A stretch of 63,398 nucleotides of DNA, the filler included, from Octopus bimaculoides (Eukaryota): NCBI RefSeq assembly GCF_001194135.2. It is 8 parts of 8 records of this genome, joined end to end, with 100 filler letters (N's around TTAATTAATTAA, not from the genome) between each part and the next. Parts side by side here need not be neighbours in the genome. Positions count along the whole stretch, not along the records: positions 12,524 to 34,386 come from NC_068990.1; positions 34,487 to 44,754 come from NC_068985.1; 6 more parts are not named here. One strand, written 5' to 3'. Numbering within the stretch: position 1 is the first letter of the stretch; the number at the start of each line of letters is the position of its first letter. The notes beneath the pieces were generated by a model, which saw only the letters and a list, made by a program, of their open reading frames with translations, made no database searches and was not told the DNA's origin. Shown one piece after another: positions 25,750-39,820 of the stretch. The position numbers and the translations under genes are program-made.

Positions 25750-26909
25750 CGCAGGTGTGTTTTTAAATATATGTATATAAATATATGCTAGCAGGCGTGT
25801 ATTTGCGTGTAAATAATGTAAGTGTGTATGCGTGTGAGTATTTATATATGTGTGCTTGAGGTATGTAATCTCTGCGTGAATATGTACGTGTGCGTATGTG
25901 CATGTATGCGAGGTTATATATGTAAATATACTTATATGCAGATGTGTGAAATTAGTTACCTGTATGGTAGACTTTCAATGTGATGATAAATGTGCAGAAA
26001 TGTGGAAAACACTGATTTTATTATCTCAATTCATAGAAAAATAAAACTAGATAAAGAGAAGAAGACAAAGTCACTAATTGCAATCAGTGAATCTCAAATA
26101 AAGTCATCTTCCCTTATGTTCAACCTTACGTCGAAAGCAAATTTTATTTCAAGAAATTGAACGTTGCGTACAATAAAACAAAACATGATTATCGGTCCTT
26201 ATTTAAATTCTACTTCATTACGTATTCGCAAAAGGAAATTACCCAATTACTAAGTTGGTCTGAATGTAACTATTCAAATGTGATTTCAGTGACAATTTAG
26301 CCATAGTCTTGTAACTTGGTGATATTGGGCTGTTAACATTTGTACAGTTGAATAAAGGGAAAATTTAATTAAGGACATTTTTGCCAGAGACTATTTTAAT
26401 ATTCTAAAGTACAAGACATTTACATAACAATTAGAGCTCTCTTCAAATCGGAATTTACTTCTTACGCGATTTCATCAATCTATCGGAAATTGCAGTTGAG
26501 AGGAATAAAACAATCAATATTGATAGAAGTTCACCTAATTAATACAATCTGACTTTATTCACAGATATTCAATGGCATACACATACACATACATTGACCA
26601 GCACAGATATACACAGTACAATAGCAATGCGCGACACACTTATGTTAATTCATTAGTAGGATCTCGTGTTGCTGTTTGCTACTTTTCATGTCCTATTCAT
26701 ACGACGATTTGAAATTCCTAGTAGTCGAAATGTTAACACGAAATATTTCTAGCGGCACATGATAAGGAATTTGCAATTTGGCTATGCAAATATAATTGAA
26801 TGAAATATTCCACGTCTTGAAGTTGTTGAAACTGAAACTTAGATGAAGTTCTTAGAAAGAATCGAAATATCGAAAGAAGGGTTCTTTTCCCTGGAATACA
26901 GTATAGATA

Positions 26910-26958
<49 letters not shown>

Positions 26959-29713
26959 GTATACACACCTGTAAATATATATATTATAAACACTTACACA
27001 CATAACTACATATCATACATGTGCTCATATGCATATCTATATAAATAAATATGTGTGCANNNNNNNNNNNNNNNNNNNNNNNNNNNNNNNNNNNNNNNNN
27101 NNNNNNNNNNNNNNNNNNNNNNNNNNNNNNNNNNNNNNNNNNNNNNNNNNNNNNNNNNNNNNNNNNNNNNNNNNNNNNNNNNNNNNNNNNNATATATATA
27201 TATATATATGCACACATACATAAACATAAATATATATAGAGAGAGAGAGAGAGAGCGGGAGAGAGAATGAAAGGGAGAAAAAGAGAGGGAATGAGAAACA
27301 ATTTGCTTTAAATCTCTGAGTGAGACATAAACAGTAACAGTACCGAATAGTAATGTTTATATGCCAACAGAGTATGGCAGTCTTATAAAGGACGATGTTG
27401 CTGTTGTTTTAGCTCCGGTAAAACATCTTTTCTAGCTGGCTATCAGCACACACTTTGTGTCCGGATAGCAATTTACAAGGGAGGTCATCGCTCCTATATC
27501 TTGCCTTACTTGATACTCAGAGACTTTACGTTTCTGGGTGGTTACCTGTGTTGCAATAGCAATTTGCATACATACATACATACATACATACATACATACA
27601 TACATACATTCATACATACATACATACATACATACATACATGCATACATACATACATACATGCATACATACAGTCAGACATGCATAGAAGCATGAAATGC
27701 CCATCTACATTTCCCTGCCCTATTCAGAAATACATTTCATGTTGCTAGCCGTGACAAATATAAAAATACAAAATGTTATGCCCTTGAGTTAGAGAACTTT
27801 TTGGACATGGGAGAAAATAGACTAAGTCAAATGTTCCAGCCCTTTGCATTTAGAGTTCTTTCATTTTAGCTTAGTGAAATCTCGATTCATAGTGCAATTT
27901 TTATGCAGTATCATTGAACAAAGAAAAGGTAATATAAACAGCATTCACAACAGTTGTATTCATCTGATAAAGTATGCAGTCATTTTCATTTTGCACAAGC
28001 CCTCATGAGAGCAGTTTCCAAAACTTTTCGCTTTTCCCTATTATGAAAGCGTCTGTATATTGTTACCGATTAGATTTTTCCTTTTCTTACATAAGTAGAA
28101 TATACACCACCTAAATTCGTTAAGCTACGTTCCACAACGTAACAGCGACTTCTAGCTCAAACACATTTATGTATCTATGTATACATCTATATGTGTAAAT
28201 GCACACATGCACACGCGCGCGTGCACACACACACATGTAGATATATGTGTGTATGCATATTTATACATGTACATATACACACTGATATACATGTATTTAT
28301 CGTCAAGCAATATAACTGAACAGAATGCTGCCGTCGGTTACCGACATGCTGGCCGAAAGCAACTAGCCTTCTTAGCGTGGGTGGCTTGTTGGCAAATGTA
28401 TGGAATGAAACATATTCGGAGGAGAAAAGAAAAAGGGAAGATGGTAGGCTTATATTTTTCTTGATGAAATGTGAAGGCTGTGTATGTATTTTCCTCTCGA
28501 TCAAAATTTATTACCACTTTTCCTAAACGAATCTGCTAGCATAAGAGCAAATTCAAATTTGAAGTTTATGTGTCATCATTGTGTGAATGGTTCAGAATTG
28601 TTCTCTCTCAGCCTTGGCCGCACCAGGAACTTCCAGCTTGTGTGACAAGACAATGAATGCTCTTTTATTTACCATATATAGGTAACTAAAGTATCGATGT
28701 AACACATTTCCTGCACCCTCAGAAAGAAGCTCTGATTATTCTGCCCAACCTTGAAGAAGCACTCACTGGCTCCGACCTATTCCATTTCATATTTTGTCCT
28801 TTTCGTGTAGGTCGACACAGAATGGTACACAAACAGTTTCCTCACTTCATCATTCACTAACATGAACCCACTCTTTCGTTCTCTTATATTTCTTTCCTAA
28901 AATACTATTCAACAAATTTCGCACCAACCTAGATTACATGTACAACGAATATCTCAGACACCAATTGGTTTACAGGAATCTAATGAAGCATTACGACACT
29001 AATAATATACTTCATACACATTATATGACACACTAATAATATACTTCATACACATTATATCAGAACCATAGCAAACCTCATACATTTAAACCCGAAAACA
29101 AGTCACAAATATTGGTTCTATGCCGTTTTTAGATTAGATTGTGCACTTGATAGTTGTAAACTTCATTACTTCAATTATCATAGTGGCCATAGAAATAAGA
29201 CTGTCACGCTGTGTCAGTAATAATTAAGAAGAAGTAATTACAATATGCTCAAAGGAATAGAAAACGAGATATGAACACTTTAATTGACAGCATACCCCTA
29301 CTTATAAGTTTTCCACGTATTAGCAGGTGAAAAACCACATTCTAATGATAGGAGCCACACTATAAACGTTAACGAAATGATAGCATACACTGTACATCTT
29401 TTACAAATAGAAATAAAATATATAACTGTTTTAAGAGGGATAAACCCAATGGTCAAAATTGAGATTAACGCCATAATAGCAGCACGCATCACATTGTGTC
29501 CTCTTTTTCAAAAGAGGCAGCAATACAAATGAGCATAACTCTAACCTTAAAATGAGACAGTGAAGGCACGGCAACGTTTATTATTGGTTTAGCGTTAAAA
29601 ACAAAACAGGCTGGAGCTTGTACAATGCTTTTGTTTCTTATAAAACACACACATAGTTATATACGAAAACGCACGTATATACATACATGATATGTATGAA
29701 GATATGAATATAG

Positions 29714-29744
<31 letters not shown>

Positions 29745-31478
29745 NNNNNNNNNNNNNNNNNNNNNNNNNNNNNNNNNNNNNNNNNNNNNNNNNNNNNNNN
29801 NNNNNNNNNNNNNNNNNNNNNNNNNNNNNNNNNNNNNNNNNNNNNNNNNNNNNNNNNNNNNNNNNNNNNNNNNNNNNNNNNNNNNNNNNNNNNNNNNNNN
29901 NNNNNNNNNNNNNNNNNNNNNNNNNNNNNNNNNNNNNNNNNNNNNNNNNNNNNNNNNNNNNNNNNNNNNNNNNNNNNNNNNNNNNNNNNNNNNNNNNNNN
30001 NNNNNNNNNNNNNNNNNNNNNNNNNNNNNNNNNNNNNNNNNNNNNNNNNNNNNNNNNNNNNNNNNNNNNNNNNNNNNNNNTATATATATATATATATATA
30101 TATATTAATATTATAATATTAGGGAATGTCAAAACCCAAACTTACAAAGATATTCAATTCAGCAATACCAAATTGAATCTTATAATAAAAAATATATTAA
30201 TATTCTAGAGAAGAACCACCAAGATGCAATCCAAACAATATATAAAAGTGCACATACACATGCATATATATGTATATATAAGAACTATTACTAGGAAAAT
30301 GTTAGCACTGGTTTCTAAGTCTCTGCATGCTCACCTACGAGATTTCGAAATCATTGTGAATCATTTTCCTTGAAAAATTTAGTGGTATGTACTGTAGTAG
30401 AAAGTTAAAACATAAAAAATAAACCTCAATATGTATATCAGTACATTATCAAACCAGTCCTGTTGTATCGGAATTCCTTCCCAGCAAGCAAATATCATCA
30501 TCATGTTTATGATCGCCTCCCACACATAGATAAAAGAAATTATAGGAACAGAAAAAAAAAAACCCACGTTAGGATCACACCTCAATTAATGAAAGAATTT
30601 TTTAGTAGTTATGCAGTCATACAAATCATAACCGCGCTTAATCAACATCTAATTAAGCCAAACTTGTTTTGTCTTAGAAAATTGATACTTTGATGCAATC
30701 CATGTCACTGTACGGTACACCTTTATAGCGCATTAAATGCGTTCTCTTATATTATCCTACAGCGGAATGATCACAATCCAGAGTAATATTGTTAACACGT
30801 TGGATTATTGAAGCATTTTCTCAGAATTTGTCTTTCTTCATATCTGTATTTATTCACCAGTTTCCTATTTCTGGAAAATCTCTATTTTAGCATTTCAGAA
30901 ATATATTATGGTTCCATTTTAAAAAGAATATTTTACTATGTTTTTTTCTTTTGTGGGTAATATACGTCCAAAGGAAATTAAATATTCCTTCAAATAGAAA
31001 TATATATACAATTCACCAACAGCATTTATGAAATAATATGAATTCTTCTTTTATTGTTTATCTCCTAAATGAGGAATTAAATTAAGGTCATTCGACCGGT
31101 AGTGTCTCCTATTATAGCCTCGGGTTCACCAAAGCCACCCGAGTGGATGTGATAGATGGAAATTGAAATATATCTATGTGTGTGTCTTCGTGTCTGTGTT
31201 TGCATCCCACCACCGTTTGGCAACCGGTGGTGGTTTGTTTGTGTCCCCATAACATTAGCGGTTCGGTAAAAGGGAATTGATAGAAGGTGGCAACCCAGCC
31301 TAGTCGCAGTCAAATGACTGAAGGAAGTAAAAGACAATACATATACACATACACACATATCCATCCATCCATCCATCCATCCATCCATATCGTACGTAGT
31401 TTATTACTTGCATTTATTAAGAAAGAAAGTATAGGAGAATGGTTCTCCATTGTGCTCTCTCCCACTCCCTTTGTATGC

Positions 31479-31513
<35 letters not shown>

Positions 31514-31755
31514 NNNNNNNNNNNNNNNNNNNNNNNNNNNNNNNNNNNNNNNNNNNNNNNNNNNNNNNNNNNNNNNNNNNNNNNNNNNNNNNNNNNNNNN
31601 NNNNNNNNNNNNNNNNNNNNNNNNNNNNNNNNNNNNNNNNNNNNNNNNNNNNNNNNNNNNNNNNNNNNNNNNNNNNNNNNNNNNNNNNNNNNNNNNNNNA
31701 TATATATAGTGATATTGATATATAAATAGTTTCTTGGATAGATCGACAGACAGAC

Positions 31756-31792
<37 letters not shown>

Positions 31793-34072
31793 TACGTCCA
31801 CACATACATACATACATACATACATACATACATACAAACATACATACATACATACATACATATATACATACATAGATAGAAAAATTTCATGAGATCAAAC
31901 TTTAGTGTTGAAGGCTAATGTAAATTTCGAGAATATATTGGTGTGCACCTGCATGCACATGTAGTTGGTAAATCTATTTCAGTCTGCAACATTGAGTCAG
32001 CTTGTACGGATGGAAAGCTGTGCACATAGGTAAATATGCAAAAGCTTATGTCTAGTGCAAATTCATATATTTCTCTTTACTACCGTATAGGATTATAGGT
32101 ATATACACGCACGTATATAAACAGAGACACATCTATATAGAATGCGTATGTGCATAATTGCTTGTGTATGTGTGTGTGTGTGTGTGCTCACAGACACATA
32201 TGCATACGTATATGCATAGATACATATGAATCTAATAACGTTACTGTGCGCATGATCATGTGAGTATGTTAATGTGCAGTAAGAATGTGTATATGTGGGT
32301 GAATATTGGTTGAATCACACAGCGATTCATTTGCATAAAACTGGTGCCTGAGTTATAATTATAATTATCAATACGCAGCCATGCATATCTTAGCTAAGAA
32401 TTGTGTAAAACTATGTTGAAAATAGAAATAATCTTGCGAGACCTTATACATTTTGAAATCTATATTTCTAATCAGAATTTAGTATGGCAACTTCATTTTA
32501 GCGAAACTAAATACTCCCCATCAATTTCTTTTTCATCATTTTCCCAGTAGCATATGTAAGAGATGTTGAACGTTTTTGTTTGCTTTATGTATTTGCTACG
32601 CCCTCTTCTACATTACTTCTGAGCTCGCGTATCATTTGTTCAATACCTCTACACATCGATGCGCTTCGTTCGTTTACAATTAAGTAAAACGATAGTATAG
32701 AGATATTGACTCTCTGAAATACTATGGTTGAGGTCACAAGTCGCAACTAGTAGATTCGCGCTTTCATCATATTTAGTTTTTGTGTTTCTTCTTTTTTACT
32801 ATTATTATTATTTTATTCTATTTATCTTTCTTTCTTTGCTATACATGGTTTATCGCTAGAGGCGCTCGATATACTTGATGTCCGGATGCTGTTTGTAGCA
32901 ATTTAACGCTTCATGTATTCAGACTGGCTCACTGAACGGAGAGTAATGTGTGTGTATGGAAGGTGTAGATCTCAACCAATCGCTTTCATGTGTTCTCATA
33001 ATAAATATCGGCCTCTGCTTCAGTGGAATTGTGTCAACAATATTCCTATTGTGAAATTCAATATTTTGTCAATCCACCAACAGGCTGTAAGTTGTTTGTG
33101 GCTATATTAATTTCGTCCATCAGCCTGTTTCTTCACTGGTAAAATATTTAGTTGTGATGGTACTGTTATTAATGACAGCTACTTCTTTAACGTTGCTGTT
33201 AATCTTGTTCCTTAAATATTAATGTTTACCAATCTTTTCTTACATTATCAGATTTATTTATATTTTTTGATTTTTTAAAACGATTTTATTTTATATTTTT
33301 CCGCAGTAATTTTACAAAAATAAGAAAAACGAAAAACAAAACAAAGGTATATATTTTATTAATATTTTATTAATATTATTAGTAATATTATAGTAAAGCT
33401 GCAGTGTATTAATAATGTTCTAGCTATTCCTGCTATCCTTGTCACTTTAGATGTTGCACGTGCCTGGTAAAACGTTCTTTTTATGTATTATAGTTTTGTT
33501 ATACAAATATATATAAAACGACAGGAACTATTAAATTATCGAAAAATCACCAGGATGTTATTGAGATATTAGAATTATTGGAATATTATCGGAAAATATA
33601 TATATCGTGGTTATAATTAGAGGACGGTTACTGTCGCACACACATTAAATATAGAAGAGAATGGATTTCTGTAGGGAATCAATACTAAGATTACAAGAAG
33701 CGCAAAAATGAAGCAAAGGTAATAGTATAGACATCAGATAGATGGAATCAACTTTGAATACTAGAAAAATAACATGTAATTATGAGTAAAAACTTGCTCC
33801 CCCCCCCCACACTTTGCTGCTCATTATGTCAAGATATCCTTATAAGATACGAAGCACTTTTCATAAAAATGTTTCAAGCCTAGATTTAATTTCAGGAATG
33901 CTGACTATTTTCCCAAATACAAGAAATAGTGGAACAAAGGAAAACATTGCATGCAAAATGTTTTACGTTATGTAAATGAACGTGTATATCTGTATAGATG
34001 TAAAGGCATACATATATTACCATATTTCTGTGCGTCCCTCTTTGTGTGTGTGTGCATGTAAATATATATATA

Positions 34073-34386
34073 TACTAGCAGAAATACCCGGCCTTGCCCG
34101 GGTTAAAGAGAATAATGAAATCTAAAAACGCCGTCTAGACTACGCAACCCTCAACTGTTAGTAGCTACGATACCATATTTCTACATTAATAACTCTCCAA
34201 TCCATGCCAGCATGGAACATAGACATTAAGTGGAATGCCAGTCTCTCATCTAGGAGGGCCTTGAAATCAATGTTACCAACTGGGGACTATGTGTGTCGTA
34301 GTGATAATAAAAAGACCCAAAGGATGTCTGCAACGAAATAATTTTACTCAACACTTTGCAAGTGAATCAGTGGAGGCAAAGATGCG
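34073..34386 (+). mobile_element. Helitron/Helentron-like non-autonomous element, 5' end
   Basis: Begins TACTAGCAGAAATACCCGGCCTTGCCCGGGTT in a (TA)n site, with subterminal inverted repeat ACCCGG/CCGGGT (34086-34103), like Lep1/DINE-type 5' ends. Cut by the spacer. Confidence 0.5.
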
Positions 34387-34511
34387 NNNNNNNNNNNNNN
34401 NNNNNNNNNNNNNNNNNNNNNNNNNNNNNNTTAATTAATTAANNNNNNNNNNNNNNNNNNNNNNNNNNNNNNNNNNNNNNNNNNNNATATATATATATAT
34501 ATATATATATA

Positions 34512-34710
34512 CTCATGCTGTTAGCACGTAAAAAGCACCCACTACACTCTCGGAGTGGTTGGTGTTAGGAAGGGCATCCAGCTGTAGAAGCATTGCTAGA
34601 TCAGATTGGAGCTTGGTACAGCCTTCTGGCTTGCCAGTCCTCAGTCAAACCGTCCAACCCATGCCAGCATGGAAAGCAGACATTAAACAACGACGACGAC
34701 GATGATGATG
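34512..34710 (+). mobile_element. SINE/short element with RTE-type tail (family C)
   Basis: GCACGTAAAAAGCACCC...GGAAGGGCATCCAGCTGTAG...CCAACCCATGCCAGCATGGAAAG...(GAT)n. Copies at about 39255-39405, 41440-41605, 49790-50050, 54130-54500 (minus) and 56270-56520. Confidence 0.75.
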
Positions 34711-34815
34711 ACACGCACACACATATATCTGTTGTATAATGCATTTGTTTTATAATATAACATGTATAATGTATTTGTTTAGAATATAAAACTATTTTAT
34801 AGAATATATCTCTGG

Positions 34816-35270
34816 TACAGGTTGTTCAGGCTAAATTTGACACTTTGCATAAGCAAAAAAGAAACCGTTATATCCAACCCGAAAATAAAAGTATTTAAAA
34901 AAATCAAAAAACATCCACTAGATTATGGCTGGGAGATAACAGTTTACTTGAAGTAGTCCCCTTCAGCTTTCACCACATCCTCAAGATGGCTCTGGAACCT
35001 TGCGCATGCATTCCTCACTGTGTCCCTAGGAAGATCTTCAAACACCTTGATCTTGGCTATCTGCTCAGCCTTGGTGTTGCAGGCAGTGTGGCTGGTGTCT
35101 TTCTCAATCATGCTCCACACATAGTAATCCATGGGATTACAATTGGGAGAATTGGGGAAATTGGTGTCGGTGAAGTCATAGAAATTCTCTGACAATCATT
35201 ACTTGGCTCTTTCTAGGAGCTGAATCCAGCAGCAACCTCTCCAGTTACGGATTGACCACAGCTTCACACA
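34816..35270 (-). mobile_element. Tc1/mariner (maT-like) transposon 3' fragment with one TIR
   Basis: FPNSPNCNPMDYYVWSMIEK...RNACARFQSHLEDVVKAEGDYFK*, the SPDxNPxDY motif. Terminus TA|CAGGTTGTTCAGGCTAAATTTGACAC at 34816. Confidence 0.8.
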
Positions 35271-36336
35271 GCTGTCTGAATTGAGCCTAAAGTTCTGTCT
35301 GTCAGTTGTTGGATGAGCGCTCCACAGACACATGTATCCTTAATGTAGTTCTCAGGGAGATTCAGCATGATACATACTGTGACAAGGTTGTTCCTTTGAA
35401 ATACAGGTACTACCCATTTTTGAGTGGGCTGAAGCAATGTGAAATAAAGTGTCTTGCTCAAGGACACAATGTGCTGCTGGGAATTGAATTCATGACTTTA
35501 CGATTGTGAACCAAATACCCTAATCACTAAGCCACGTGCCTTCACACACACCACAGTTTCTGTCTACCAAAATCATTCATAAGGCATTGGTGGATCCAGG
35601 GTTATAGTAGAAGACACTTGCCTAAAGTGTTATGCAGTGGGACTGAACCAGAAACTACATAGTTGCAAAGTGAGCTTCTTAACCACACAGCCATATGTTG
35701 AGAAAAAGCATAACTGTCACATTCTTATTTTCAACCTACAACAAAATCTGTAAATAGCATTGACCTGCAGGGTTACCAGATTAGGCCACAAGAAGTAGAT
35801 TATGCTACTGCCTTTTAGGATTGCATGCTATTACTTTTGTGCCATCGTTTTTAATGAAATTGATCTACCGACCTTTAACCAGAAATGGTGTTTCAGCCTC
35901 TCTCAGAAGAATAGATTGAAGCATGGTGGCTCACTTCATACATTACATAAACACAATTCAGTGGCATCACACTTGGGTTATCTAATTGACTACTACTACT
36001 GCTGCTGCTGCTAGTCTGTATGAATGAACATTCTATGTGACAAATAACTACCAATTCAACCACAAATCCTCACCATCTCCACCACAATTATTTATTGGTC
36101 TACGTCTTCAGTAATCCTAATACTTGCTGTATAATCTCAGTATTAACGTCACTAATCTGATCTGTTTTATTGAAGGGGATATCTATTAATATAGATCTAT
36201 GATAAGCTAAGTCATTACGATGTTTGACTTACAAACTAAAAGGTTAATAGATTGTGACTTCTTATCGGTGCTATGTACTTATCAACAGTTTAGTGCAACT
36301 GTGAATTGGTACCATAATATAGTTATTTAATATATA

Positions 36337-37543
36337 TTAGGTTGGAAAGAAAGCTGCGATGCATCTCAAAATGGGAAAGAAACAAAAACTCCTTTGGTCT
36401 TGATTAATATATTTAATCAAGATGATATTTTTCCTCATTATTGATAACATAATCTCATCTGTTTGGCAAATTGTCATTTCTTCAGGCATAAAATTCTTCC
36501 CATTTCAAAGCAAAGAAACTCTCAATATCATTTTTAATCTCTTTACAATTAATAAAATACTTTCCTTCTAAATAATGTTGCAATGATCTGAAAAGATAAT
36601 AGTCAGATGGAGCAAGATCAAGAGTGTAAGGAGAATGAGGCAAAACTTCCATATTTAGTGCCATAATCTTTTCCTGAGTGGTTTGGGCAATATGTGGTCT
36701 TGCATTATTATGTAAGAGCAACACTTCTCTATGACTGATCAATGATGTGCATCTTTACTGAAAATTTTTGTTCAATGCTTTAATTTGATGACAGTACTTC
36801 TCTGCATTAACTGTTTCATTTTCGTTTAACACTTTGTAATAGATGGCACCCTTCATATCCCACCAAACATAGAGCATAACTTTTTTTGTATGTACTCCTG
36901 GTTTTGGGATGGATTCTCCTTTTCGATGGGTGATAACCATTATCATTTTCATTAGACATTTTTTATAGAAAACCCATTTTTTATCATTTACGTCAACTCT
37001 TCAATGAGTAACTCTTTGATTAAGCTGAGAAGCAGTCAGACAATGAGGGATCTACTGACCAAGTTTAGACATTTTCCTAGTTCATGAAGGTGTTTTAGGA
37101 TTGAAGTGTGATTTGAAATGTTTTGCTAATTCTGACACAGTTTGCTTTGGATTTTACTCGACTACAGTTTTCAGATACTCAATATTGACAGAATTTGGTT
37201 ATCCAGATCAAGAGGAATTTGCTAGAGAAAATTTTTCCAAGTGAAGATGGCCAAATAATTGTTGATATGACCAGACACTTAAAGCTTAATTTCCATAGAC
37301 AGAATAAATATTTCATGCTGCTTCCATTGCTGAAGAGCCCCTTTTGAATTCATATAATATGGAGTGTCTGACATAGGTCTGATTTAAACAAATTTTAAAA
37401 GGGTAAAATTGATATGAATTTAACCACAATAGTTTAAGTAGTTTGCAAAGAAAGAAAGAACAATGTAAAAATTAATGTTTATTTTACAGTCACTATTGAA
37501 AAACATATGTTTAAAATGCAATGGAACTTTCTTTCCAGCATAA
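36337..37543 (-). mobile_element. Full-length (about 1.2 kb) inactive mariner transposon with TIRs and TA target duplication
   Basis: Imperfect TIRs TTAGGTTGGAAAGAAAGCTGCGATGCAT (36337) and, reverse-complemented, TTATGCTGGAAAGAAAGTTCCATTGCAT (37543), both flanked by TA. Broken transposase: KKVMLYVWWDMKG, LLHNNARPH, EVLPHSPYTLDLAPSDYYLFRSL. Confidence 0.92.
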
Positions 37544-37897
37544 TATATATTTATTGTTTAATTTGTCTAAGAAACTGAATTGCAGCTATGCTGGGGTACT
37601 GCCTTCGAAGTAGTACCCCAGCAAAGATCAAGCTTCCCTTGTTACATATTTTAAATTTGATACTTATTGTATCAGTCTCTTTTTGCTAAACTGCTAAGTC
37701 ATGGGGATGTACATGAACCAGCTCTAGTTGTCAAGTATCAAGAAACAAACATGCATGCACACACACATGGCAGGCTTCTGCAGAGTTTCTGTCTACCAAA
37801 TTCACTCACAAGGCACTGATCAGCCTGGGGCTATAGTAGAAACTTACCTAAGGTGCCACATGGTTAAGCAAACTTCTTAACTGCACAGCCATGCCTC

Positions 37898-37965
<68 letters not shown>

Positions 37966-38860
37966 ATCACAAAAGACCAAATAACTGCTATGATGAATAC
38001 AATCAATTGCCTACTCTATTGTTTTTTCACAGATATGTATTGAAGGAGGAATCAGTTCTGTTGGTATTTCAAAGGGTTAGCTGTGACATCATTGCAAGAT
38101 AATTACATCCTGGTAAATGTCGCACCTGGAATTTCACTCCCCTTCACTCACTCCTGGTCCCTCTGACCCACTCATTCTTTGAAGGTCCATCCTCATATCT
38201 CACCACTACTATTTTTATTGCTCTCCATCTTCACTTAATCATTCCCACTCTCTCTTCTAAAATGTGAGTCGTTATGTAGCTTCTCAACAGCAAGAAACCT
38301 GTTCTGCTCCAGCCCTTTCCTCTCATATTTTACCCATCATTATTCCTTGTCTCCTAGTATGAAGTTGCCCTTAGGGTTCATAGTCTTGCAAACTGTATGA
38401 TGACCTCATTAGTGCAGGTGGTATGAAAAAAGCACTCAGTACACAATATAAAGTTGTTGGCATTAAGAAGGGCTGTTGAAACCATACTAAAGCAAACACT
38501 GGAGCATGATGCAGTACTTGGGCCCACCAGATCTTGTCAAACCATCAAAGCCATGCTAACATGGAACAGGGGTGTTAAATGCTGCTGCTGCTGATTTTCC
38601 TCACAGGGTAATTACATTATGAGCCAATACATCAGAGGTAAATTCTTCATTGTTACGCCAGATACAACACTGGTAAATGTATTGTCATGATTCTTTATCC
38701 ACAGACTAACTACATCACTAAATATTAAAATTTTTGTAGAATAAATATGTTGCATTTATTAAAACAGATTCAAAAGACAACAAAATCCCATCCTGTGGTT
38801 AGAAAATTTCTTTTAGAAATCTTGAAAAAATAATAATCAAACAGTGAATTGCTGTTGCAG

Positions 38861-38932
38861 ACATTCCACATCACAGAAAAAAAATATAAAGCGAGTGTAG
38901 CAAGAATTCAAGGCATCATCAATGAATATTAA
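38861..38932 (+). CDS. Candidate terminal exon of an unidentified gene convergent with the FASTKD-like gene
   Basis: TTGCTGTTGCAG followed by TFHITEKKYKASVARIQGIINEY*. Possible upstream exon at 38033 (TTTTTTCACAG acceptor). No homology recognised. Confidence 0.2.
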   Translation, partial: TFHITEKKYKASVARIQGIINEY

Positions 38933-39820
38933 AATCATGAAATATTGGAATATTTAAGAGGAATTACTCATAATTTGTCTTTTTAGAATGTGTTTTATCT
39001 TCCTCTAATTAAAAAAAAAAAGTGCTATTTTTTTTTACTGCATTTTTAGAGACTGTTTTCCATGTATATATTGATGATAATGATGAAAATTTCCTTTTTT
39101 GAATTTTTTTTTTGCTTTTTTAAAACCATGGTCTCAAGCTCTACACTACTGCGTAGCAACTTTGGACAAGTTTTTCTCCAATAGCACAGGCTGATCAATA
39201 CCTTGTAAGTAAAATTGGTAGATAGAAACTTTATGAAAGCCCATTATATATATAGAATGGGTTGGCATTAGGAAGGGCATCCAGTTGTAGAAACATTGCT
39301 AGATCAAATTGGAGCTTGGTGCAGCCGCTGGTTTCCAGACCTCAGTCAAGCCATCCAATCCATGCCAGCATGGAAAACGGACGTTAAACGATGATGATGA
39401 TGATATAGTGTGTGTGTATACATATAAAATGAAGTCAAACCAAGTAACGATATTTTGAATGCATTTAATACATATGATAATTGTGCGAGAGATGAAAAGG
39501 AACTTTCATTTCTTCTGCAAAATCTTCTGTAGTTGTCTTAATAGAAGATTTTGCATAAGTGATGAAATTCCTTTTTTAGCTATTGCACAATTATCTGAAA
39601 CATGTTAAATACATTCAAATTACAATTATTTTTACAATTCATTTTATATATTATACCATTCCATGTCCTGTACAAGCTAGCCAGTCTGAAATCAATTCAC
39701 ATGGATATTATAACAAGGATTTGGAGTGGTATTTGACTTCAGTCAGAGATTCTGATAATGTACATTGCTTCTAAGCACAGCACAAATCATATGGCTGTGT
39801 GTGTGTGTGTATATATATAT

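Noticed and set aside
28600-28800. Faint mariner-like peptide (QDNE...LTGSDLFHF)
   Set aside because: Too degenerate to support, with no TIR.
28996-29060. About 34-bp tandem duplication, and other short repeats (23200-23230, 60737-60817) as possible CRISPR-like arrays
   Set aside because: They are adjacent duplications without unique spacers, in a eukaryotic context with no cas genes.
30762-30810. Plus-strand acceptor followed by GMITIQSNIVNTLDY, cadherin-like
   Set aside because: It ends in a stop after 15 codons with no other cadherin motifs. Chaining it with micro-exon candidates at about 27910 and 31984 gives stops.
33079-33129. AACAGGCTG...CAGCCTGTT stem with CTGATGGACGAAA on the minus strand
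   Set aside because: There is no helix II and no NUH site; it is only a short inverted repeat.
34140-34260. Minus-strand RLAF...QLRVA*SR resembling a PIF1/Helitron helicase C-terminus
   Set aside because: Part of it is a family C SINE tail (CCATGCCAGCATGGAA) and it contains stops, so the resemblance is probably spurious.
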